Source: Escherichia coli (lineage in GTDB: Bacteria; Pseudomonadota; Gammaproteobacteria; Enterobacterales; Enterobacteriaceae). Taken from it: a stretch of DNA of 4,709 bases. The translations under genes and the position numbers were made by a program. The stretch is taken from NCBI RefSeq assembly GCF_003334785.1, contig NZ_QOWV01000045.1; one strand, given 5' to 3'. The notes under the pieces were generated by a model that was given only the letters and a program-made list of their open reading frames with translations, searched no databases and was not told the DNA's origin. Shown piece by piece: positions 1-4,709 of this stretch. Within the stretch, counting starts at the first letter, position 1; each line of letters begins with the position of its first letter.

Positions 1-71
1 GTGTATTTCTGGTCAACAACCAGTTGAGCGGATTCGCGTTTAAACTCTGCGCTAAAATTTCTTTTTTTCAT
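1..71 (-). CDS. IS3-family transposase OrfA (HTH subunit), first 23 codons only; the rest lies beyond the window start
   Basis: Minus-strand translation from ATG 71..69 gives [24 protein letters not shown]. This matches from memory the N-terminus of IS911 OrfA / InsN-type proteins (the SAEFK...AQLVV HTH lead-in). Too short to appear in the ORF track. Confidence 0.6.
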   Translation of the reverse strand, partial: MKKRNFSAEFKRESAQLVVDQKY

Positions 72-143
72 TGGAGCACCTGTGTTGTTCTGAGGTGAGC
101 ATATCACCTCTGTTCAGGTGGCCAAATTCAGTGTGCCACTTCA
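1..143 (-). mobile_element. Left end of an IS3-family insertion sequence (IS911-like), cut by the window edge
   Basis: Read on the minus strand from position 143 the sequence begins TGAAGTGGCACACTGAATTTGGCC, a TG-initiated terminus typical of IS3-family inverted repeats. About 70 nt further in, an ATG (71..69) opens an ORF that runs off the window. The IS911 assignment is from memory. Confidence 0.6.
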
Positions 144-526
144 GTTTTTCACTGATATTCAGGGAACGGTTATGTGAGCTGAATATTCACAGAGGAAATA
201 CAGTGGTGCAGGTAACTCTGGCCTACGAAGCTCGGAAGTAAGCTGCCGGGCGGGGACGGAAGTCCCCGCTTTCCGGAAGTGTGAGGTATTTCAGGGGCAG
301 ACACCCTATATACCAGAAACAGCCGGTCCCGCCCGGGGCCGGCCCCCTGGGGCTAAGGCATTTCCAGCTTTTCAGTCATTTCATTATCAAAATCACATTA
401 AACGGCCGTAATCAGACATGATTTGTGCGCCAACACAGATCATCGTCACAACTTTCAAGTCGCTGATTTCAAAAAACTGTAGTATTCTCTGCGAAACGAT
501 CCCTGTTTGAGAATTGAGGAGGCGAG

Positions 527-787
527 ATGTCGCAGACAGAAAGTGCAGTGACTTCCTCATTGAGTCAAAAGCGGTTTGTGCGCAGAGGTAAGCCTATGTC
601 TGACTCTGAGAAACAGATGGCCGCTGTTGCAAGAAAACGTCTTACACACAAAGAGATAAAAGTTTTTGTCAAAAACCCTCTGAAAGATCTCATGGTTGAG
701 TACTGCGAGCAAAAAGGGATAACACAGGCTCAGTTCATTGAGAAAATTATCAAAGATGAACTGCAGAGGCTGGATATACTAAAGTAA
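527..787 (+). CDS. copB: CopB (RepA2), transcriptional repressor of the repA promoter in IncFII-type replicons
   Basis: 86-aa [42 protein letters not shown]..., recognised from memory as CopB/RepA2 of R1/R100-type plasmids. Shine-Dalgarno GAGGAGG at 516..522 sits 4 nt before the ATG. Position immediately upstream of copA/tap/repA1 is as expected. Confidence 0.9.
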   Translation: MSQTESAVTSSLSQKRFVRRGKPMSDSEKQMAAVARKRLTHKEIKVFVKNPLKDLMVEYCEQKGITQAQFIEKIIKDELQRLDILK

Positions 788-820
788 AGACTTTACTTTG
801 TGTCGTAGCATGCTAGATTA
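781..820 (+). promoter_or_regulatory. CopB operator dyad overlapping the repA promoter (P2) region
   Basis: Perfect dyad AAAGTAAAG-A-CTTTACTTT at 781..799 spans the copB stop codon (785..787). Candidate -35 (CTTTAC/TTTACT, 791..798) and -10 (TAGATT, 814..819) lie within and just after it. The role is assigned from the known R1/R100 circuit; the exact hexamers are uncertain. Confidence 0.5.
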
Positions 821-904
821 CTGATCGTTTAAGGAATTTTGTGGCTGGCCACGCCATAAGGTGGCAGGGAACTGGTTCTGATGTGGATTTACAGGAGCCA
901 GAAA

Positions 905-996
905 AGTGAAAACCCCGATAATCTTCTTCAACTTTGGCGAGTGCGAAAAGATTACCGGGGCTAACAAGAAACCGTATAGCCAACAATTCAGCTATG
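905..996 (-). ncRNA. copA: CopA antisense RNA (about 90 nt), complementary to the repA mRNA leader (CopT)
   Basis: On the minus strand there is a small 5' hairpin (972..979 pairing with 991..998). It is followed by a long imperfect stem-loop (913..925 pairing with 948..960, 12 bp with one mismatch, 22-nt loop). A U-rich tail then follows (plus-strand 901..912 GAAAAGTGAAAA reads UUUUCACUUUUC on the minus strand), making an intrinsic terminator. A sigma70-like promoter sits just upstream on the minus strand. The ends are approximate. Confidence 0.6.
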
Positions 997-1001
997 CGGG
1001 G

Positions 1002-1030
1002 AGTATAGTCATATGCCCGGAAAAGTTCAA
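1002..1030 (-). promoter_or_regulatory. Candidate copA promoter on the minus strand, lying inside the tap coding region
   Basis: Minus-strand -35 TTGAAC (plus 1025..1030) and -10 TATACT (plus 1002..1007) are separated by exactly 17 bp. This places the transcription start near 995..997, consistent with the CopA structure. Confidence 0.45.
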
Positions 1031-1087
1031 GACTTCTTTCTGTGCTCACTCCTTCTGCGCATTGTAAGTGCAGGATGGTGTGACTGA
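1013..1087 (+). CDS. tap: Tap leader peptide (24 aa), translationally coupled to repA1
   Basis: ATG at 1013 preceded by GGGGAG (998..1003). It translates to [24 protein letters not shown] and ends at TGA 1085..1087, overlapping the repA1 GTG start at 1080. This matches the known tap/repA coupling arrangement. Too short for the ORF track. Confidence 0.75.
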
Positions 1088-1937
1088 TCTTCAACAAACG
1101 TATTACCGCCAGGTAAAGAACCCGAATCCGGTGTTTACACCCCGTGAAGGTGCCGGAACGCTGAAGTTCTGCGAAAAACTGATGGAAAAGGCGGTGGGCT
1201 TCACTTCCCGTTTTGATTTCGCCATTCATGTGGCGCATGCCCGTTCGCGTGGTCTGCGTCGACGCATGCCACCGGTACTGCGTCGCCGGGCCATTGATGC
1301 GCTGCTGCAGGGGCTGTGTTTTCACTATGACCCGCTGGCCAACCGTGTCCAGTGCTCCATCACCACGCTGGCCATTGAGTGCGGGCTGGCGACAGAGTCC
1401 GGTGCCGGAAAACTCTCCATCACCCGGGCCACCCGGGCCCTGACGTTCCTGTCAGAGCTGGGACTGATTACCTACCAGACGGAATATGACCCGCTTATCG
1501 GGTGCTACATTCCGACCGATATCACGTTCACATCTGCACTGTTTGCTGCCCTCGATGTATCAGAGGAGGCAGTGGCCGCCGCGCGCCGCAGCCGTGTGGA
1601 ATGGGAAAACAGACAGCGCAAAAAGCAGGGGCTGGATACCCTGGGTATGGATGAACTGATATCGAAAGCCTGGCGTTTTGTGCGTGAGCGTTTCCGCAGT
1701 TACCAGACAGAGCTTAAGTCCCGGGGAATAAAGCGTGCCCGTGCGCGTCGTGATGCGGGCAGGGAACGTCAGGATATCGTCACCCTGGTGAAACGACAGC
1801 TGACGCGTGAAATCTCGGAAGGGCGCTTCACTGCTAATGGTGAGGCGGTAAAACGCGAAGTGGAGCGTCGTGTGAAGGAGCGCATGATTCTGTCACGTAA
1901 CCGTAATTACAGCCGGCTGGCCACAGCTTCCCCCTGA
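1080..1937 (+). CDS. repA1: RepA1 replication initiator protein of the IncFII/RepFIC family
   Basis: ORF-track protein ...[41 protein letters not shown]... is recognised as RepA1. Starting at GTG 1080 gives 285 aa, the length I recall for R100 RepA1, with AGGA at 1072..1075 upstream and overlap with the tap stop. The track start at GTG 1068 has no ribosome-binding site and adds 4 unsupported residues. Confidence 0.9.
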
Positions 1938-2110
1938 AAGTGACCTCCTCAGAATAATCCGGCACGCGCCGGAGGCATTCGCACACCTGAAGCCCGTCAG
2001 TGCACAAAAAAACAGCGCCACATACAAAAAACAACCTCACCATCCACCTTCTGGTACATCCGGTTCCCCCTGTTTTTAATACAAAATACGCCTCAGCGAC
2101 GGGGAATTTT
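1938..2110 (+). terminator. CIS spacer between repA1 and oriR (C-rich, A/C-biased; Rho-dependent terminator region in R1-type replicons)
   Basis: The sequence between the repA1 stop and the DnaA box is C-rich and G-poor with runs of CACA/CAAAAA, has no ORF, and is about 170 bp long. This matches the described CIS element needed for cis-action of RepA. Function is inferred from position and composition only. Confidence 0.45.
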
Positions 2111-2300
2111 GCTTATCCACATTTAACTGCAAGGGACTTCCCCATAAGGTTACAACCGTTCATGTCATAAAGCGCCAGCCGCCAGTCTTACAGGGTGCAA
2201 TGTATCTTTTAAACACCTGTTTATATCTCTTTTAAACTACTTAATTACATTCATTTAAAAAGAAGACTTATTCACTGCCTGTCCTTTGGACAGACAAATA
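2111..2300 (+). other. oriR, origin of vegetative replication (DnaA box plus AT-rich unwinding region)
   Basis: DnaA box at 2113..2121 followed by an AT-rich block around 2205..2275 (TGTATCTTTTAAACACCTGTTTATATCTCTTTTAAACTACTTAATTACATTCATTTAAAAAG). Layout and distance from repA1 fit the roughly 190-bp R1-type origin. Boundaries are approximate. Confidence 0.55.
2113..2121 (+). promoter_or_regulatory. DnaA box (perfect consensus TTATCCACA) at the repA-proximal edge of oriR
   Basis: Exact 9-mer TTATCCACA at 2113..2121, about 175 bp downstream of the repA1 stop, where the oriR DnaA box lies in R1/R100. Confidence 0.65.
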
Positions 2301-2819
2301 TGCACCTCCCACCGCAAGCGGCGGGCCCCAACCGGAGCCACTTTAGTTACAACACACAAAGACAACCTCCAGAAAAACCCCGGTCCCGCGCAGAACTGAA
2401 ACCACAAAGCCCCTCCTCATAACTGAAAAGCGAGGCCGCCCCCGCCCGAAGGGCGGGAACAACATCGCTTTTAATTATGAATGTTGTAACTACATTGTCA
2501 TCGCTGCCAGTCTTCTAGCTGGAAGTCCTCAGTACACGCTCGTAAGCGGCCCTGACGGCCCGCTAACGCGGAGATACGCCCCGACTGCGGGTAAACCCTT
2601 GTCGGGACCACTCCGACCGCGCACAGAAGCTTTCTCATGACTGAAAGCGGGTATAGTCTGGCAGGGCTGGGGATGGGTAAGGTGAAATCTATCAGTCAGT
2701 ACCGGCTTACGCCGGGCTTCGGCGGTTTTACTCCGGTATCATATGAAACAACGGAGTGCCGCCTTCCATGCCGCTGGCGCGGCATCAGGATAACTGAAGA
2801 GTGACAGTACACATCAACA

Positions 2820-2890
2820 TCAAACAGACTTGTTAAGCAGTCTTTCAGGGTGTAAGGTGAAGACCTGTTAAACAGTCTCAGAGGTGTGTT
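2820..2890 (+). promoter_or_regulatory. Candidate promoter/operator of the toxin-antitoxin operon with three iterated 9-mers
   Basis: Three copies of AA(A/G)CAG(A/T)CT at 2822..2830, 2835..2843 and 2870..2878, in the 70 bp upstream of the antitoxin ATG, with GAGG (2881..2884) as ribosome-binding site. Iterated sites overlapping the promoter are typical of autoregulated toxin-antitoxin operons. The promoter hexamers were not confidently placed. Confidence 0.35.
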
Positions 2891-3142
2891 ATGCCCAGTA
2901 TCATTTTGTCTGACACCAGTGCAAGCGTCAGTGAACTGAAAAAAAATCCAATGGCGACAGTCAGTGCCGGAGAGGGTTATCCTGTTGCCATTCTTAACCG
3001 GAATCAGCCTGCATTCTACTGTGTTCCTGCTGAATTGTATGAAAGGATGCTTGATGCTATGGATGACCAGGAGCTGGTGAAACTGGTTACTGAACGCAGC
3101 AATCAGCCACTACATGATGTGGACCTGGACAGTTATTTATGA
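2891..3142 (+). CDS. Type II antitoxin, Phd/YefM/StbD-like (83 aa)
   Basis: ORF MPSIILSDTSASVSELKKNPMATVSAGEGYPVAILNRNQPAFYCVPAELYERM... has the N-terminal pattern of Phd/YefM-fold antitoxins and an acidic C-terminal tail. Its stop overlaps the toxin start in ATGA (3139..3142), the classic toxin-antitoxin coupling. Confidence 0.8.
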   Translation: MPSIILSDTSASVSELKKNPMATVSAGEGYPVAILNRNQPAFYCVPAELYERMLDAMDDQELVKLVTERSNQPLHDVDLDSYL

Positions 3143-3426
3143 CTTATACGGTTAAATTCAGGGATGATGCCCTCAGGGAATGGCTGAAACTGGATAAATC
3201 CGTTCAACAACAGTTCGCAAAAAAACTAAAAAAATGCAGCGAAAATCCTCATATACCTTCAGCAAAACTACGTGGATTAAAAGATTGCTACAAAATAAAA
3301 CTTCGTGCATCAGGTTTTCGTCTGGTCTATCAGGTGATTGATGACATGTTAATTATTGCGGTTGTCGCAGTAGGTAAACGTGAACGTAGTCATGTTTACA
3401 ATCTCGCCAGCGAGAGAATGAGATAG
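3139..3426 (+). CDS. relE: RelE/ParE-superfamily toxin (RelE/StbE-like mRNA interferase, 95 aa)
   Basis: ORF MTYTVKFRDDALREWLKLDKSVQQQFAKKL...KLRGLKDCYKIKLRASGFRLVYQVID...VGKRERSHVY is closely similar, from memory, to E. coli RelE (KLRGMPDCYKIKLRSSGYRLVYQVID...VGKRERSEVY). Same length as RelE and 4-bp overlap with the antitoxin gene. Confidence 0.85.
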   Translation: MTYTVKFRDDALREWLKLDKSVQQQFAKKLKKCSENPHIPSAKLRGLKDCYKIKLRASGFRLVYQVIDDMLIIAVVAVGKRERSHVYNLASERMR

Positions 3427-3435
3427 GGGGTGTTA

Positions 3436-3981
3436 ATGCTTTTAAGTTTTAGTGAGTTAGATGTTCTTATTTATCAGGGGAAGGTTGGGGGTTTATTTCG
3501 TGAAAGAAAAAACGAAAGGATTGCTACAGACATTGATTCCAGAAACAAGTCATCATCAAGCAGTCATGAATATGATTCAGTTTTATCATTTCTATTTATT
3601 TGTGATAATGGAAAAGAAATAAATGTGAATTTAACAAATTGGAATATTAACATATTTCCAGGTCAAGAGATTGTCATTTATTTTGTGGAAAACTCAAAGA
3701 AAAACAAAAAAATACCATACATGATAAAAAACAAAAGCACATCGGAAGTGACTAATAATGTTCAAGAAATGTATAAAGAGTTTTTTTATACATCATACTT
3801 CAAACTGATAATACCTTTCCTTTTAATCATTTCTTACTTTATGTCATCCATATCTGTGGCTATCATGTCATTCGTTTTATATGTCATAATCAGAAGAAGA
3901 ATAGGAAAAGATTTCTTTTCAGAAATAAAAAGGAAAAGGTTAAAAAAAGAAGATATCATGGGGTTAGAGCACGTAATATAG
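3436..3981 (+). CDS. Hypothetical small membrane-anchored protein (181 aa from ATG 3436), AT-rich orphan gene of unknown function
   Basis: Uninterrupted 181-183 codon frame in DNA of roughly 25-30% G+C (by eye), where stop codons should be frequent. GGGGG (3425..3429) lies 6 nt before ATG 3436; GTG 3430 is an alternative start. The product has a polar N-terminal region with a Ser run, one long hydrophobic segment FKLIIPFLLIISYFMSSISVAIMSFVLYVII, then a basic tail RRRIGK...KRKRLKK. I recognise no family. Confidence 0.7.
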   Translation: MLLSFSELDVLIYQGKVGGLFRERKNERIATDIDSRNKSSSSSHEYDSVLSFLFICDNGKEINVNLTNWNINIFPGQEIVIYFVENSKKNKKIPYMIKNKSTSEVTNNVQEMYKEFFYTSYFKLIIPFLLIISYFMSSISVAIMSFVLYVIIRRRIGKDFFSEIKRKRLKKEDIMGLEHVI

Positions 3982-4028
3982 GGGCGACAGGTCCTTATAA
4001 GGGACCGTCCAGGGACCGGAGTTCCATT

Positions 4029-4070
4029 GCTACGCCGGAACCGCCGAAATTTCCGGCGTAGCTCTCTCTT
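4029..4070 (+). terminator. Candidate intrinsic terminator after the AT-rich gene
   Basis: Perfect 12-bp inverted repeat GCTACGCCGGAA (4029..4040) / TTCCGGCGTAGC (4051..4062) with a 10-nt loop, followed by the pyrimidine/T-rich tract TCTCTCTT. A second hairpin, GGTCC-TTATAAG-GGACC, lies at 3990..4006. The U-tract is weak, so the terminator function is tentative. Confidence 0.35.
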
Positions 4071-4088
4071 GCCTGGACGTTCTGTTGT

Positions 4089-4126
4089 GGGGGGTGAGGG
4101 CCAATGGAACGAAAGCGTACGGTAAG
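4089..4126 (+). mobile_element. Terminal inverted repeat (38 bp) of a Tn3-family transposon, Tn1000 (gamma-delta)-like; transposon interior lies to the right
   Basis: GGGGGGTGAGGGCCAATGGAACGAAAGCGTACGGTAAG matches from memory the Tn1000 repeat GGGGTTTGAGGGCCAATGGAACGAAAACGTACGTTAAG at about 34 of 38 positions. It also carries the Tn3-family hallmarks: GGGG terminus, TGGAACGAAA core, ACG..TAAG inner end. Orientation puts the element outer end at 4089. Confidence 0.65.
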
Positions 4127-4507
4127 GGCTCCGTTTGGGAAACGGACAATATTGTACGGTTGCGTTATCGCGGTAGGGTGTACTCCCGCGCTATACGGTG
4201 TTTTCAGGATAATTGGTCTTAATCGGATAACCTAAATGCGATACAGCAAGAGCGACAACTTAAAAGCGATTAAACCTGCCGCCGCCAGAACGGTACAGTC
4301 CCTGACACAGGCACCACTGGTATAATCCAGTAAAGAGCATATGGAGAACTTATCATGTCGTCACGCAACTCTATACATGATTTTATAATGCTGCTCCCGG
4401 CGCTGCTGTTTGTTGGTAAGCGTACAGCCTGAACCGTCTGGTCAGAATCTGACGAATTAGACAAAGTGGTGTCCACCAAATAAGTAGTGGGAACCAAAGT
4501 GTCAGAT

Positions 4508-4636
4508 ATGCAGAAAAATGTGACTCCCGGCAGGCGAAAAGGCTGCCCTAATTATCCTCCCGAATTTAAACAGCAGCTCGTTGCTGCCTCCTGTGAACCC
4601 GGGATATCCATCTCAAAACTTGCTCTTGAAAAGTAA
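4508..4636 (+). pseudogene. Short OrfA-like fragment of an IS3-family transposase (42 codons then stop)
   Basis: ATG 4508 translates to MQKNVTPGRRKGCPNYPPEFKQQLVAASCEPGISISKLALEK and stops. The (Y/F)xxEFK...V...SIS..A pattern is the N-terminal HTH lead-in of IS3-family OrfA proteins, which are normally about 100 aa. A TGAACCG motif 78 bp upstream (4430) resembles an IS3-type end. Weak evidence. Confidence 0.3.
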
Positions 4637-4709
4637 CCGGCTCATTTAAACCGTCTGGTCTGTTTCCTCCGGCTCTACAAAAATAATGTCCATCATTTTT
4701 AATGGACAC

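Noticed and set aside
441-500. Attempt to place the copB promoter hexamers
   Set aside because: Candidate -10 elements (TAGTAT 480..485, TATTCT 483..488) lack a properly spaced -35. The promoter is probably here or further upstream but I cannot place it reliably.
1068-1079. ORF-track start of repA1 at GTG 1068
   Set aside because: There is no ribosome-binding site in front of 1068. GTG 1080 has AGGA upstream, overlaps the tap stop as expected for translational coupling, and gives the 285-aa length I recall for RepA1.
813-1325. 170-aa ORF on the minus strand
   Set aside because: It runs antisense through copA, tap and the 5' part of repA1, all of which are well supported. It is a GC-rich antisense frame with no ribosome-binding site and no recognisable product, so it is most likely spurious.
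1213-1443. 76-aa ORF on the plus strand in an alternative frame
   Set aside because: It lies entirely inside repA1 in another frame, and its Cys/Arg/Pro-rich product is typical of an out-of-frame reading of GC-rich coding DNA.
1834-2043. 69-aa ORF on the minus strand
   Set aside because: It overlaps the repA1 3' end and the CIS spacer in antisense and has no start context; judged a chance frame.
2300-2422. 40-codon ORF (MHLPPQAAGPNRSHF...) downstream of oriR
   Set aside because: Pro/Gln-rich, low-complexity product in GC-rich DNA with no ribosome-binding site. I could not match it to repA4 or any known small protein, so it was left unannotated.
4018-4030. Second, opposing Tn3-family terminal repeat
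   Set aside because: Only the core 9-10 bp (GTTCCATTG) matches the reverse complement of the repeat. The flanking sequence diverges completely, so at most it is a short relic.
3982-4260. Possible retron msr/msd RNA or group II intron fragment, suggested by nested inverted repeats and GAACGAAAGCG / GTACGG motifs
   Set aside because: No reverse transcriptase or intron-encoded protein ORF is present in the window. The GGAACGAAA...ACGGTAAG string is better explained as a Tn3-family terminal inverted repeat, and the remaining hairpins as terminator-like structures.
4270-4497. 75-aa ORF on the minus strand inside the transposon-interior region
   Set aside because: No convincing ribosome-binding site and a low-complexity Ser/Thr/Pro-rich product. 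It overlaps the better-supported plus-strand micro-ORF and promoter-like signals. Not reported as a gene, but not excluded.
4687-4708. 7-bp inverted repeat TGTCCAT / ATGGACA with an 8-nt T-rich loop at the window edge
   Set aside because: Short, at the truncated end of the window, and without context. It could be a terminator or a repeat terminus but cannot be assessed.
1-4709. CRISPR arrays, tRNA or rRNA genes, integrase/attachment sites
   Set aside because: No regularly spaced direct repeats, no cloverleaf-compatible segments and no rRNA-like conserved stretches were seen anywhere in the window.

Overview
This window is the basic replicon of an IncF (RepFIIA/RepFIC-type) plasmid embedded in a mosaic of mobile DNA. 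All family assignments below are from reading the sequence and from memory; no database search was run. From left to right: (1) the terminal 143 bp of an IS3-family (IS911-like) insertion sequence on the minus strand; (2) the replication control and initiation cassette copB (repA2), antisense RNA copA, leader peptide tap, repA1, the C-rich CIS spacer and oriR with a perfect DnaA box; (3) about 600 bp of GC-rich, hairpin-rich non-coding DNA; (4) a type II toxin-antitoxin pair (Phd/YefM-like antitoxin and RelE-family toxin); (5) the most unusual element, a strongly AT-rich gene for a small membrane-anchored protein of no family I recognise, starting 9 nt after the toxin stop codon; (6) a GC-rich structured spacer ending in a 38-bp Tn3-family (Tn1000-like) terminal inverted repeat; (7) transposon-interior DNA with no transposase, holding a possible micro-ORF and a short IS3-type OrfA-like fragment. 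No CRISPR array, tRNA or rRNA was seen. The AT-rich membrane protein gene appended to the toxin-antitoxin module is the best candidate for something undescribed.
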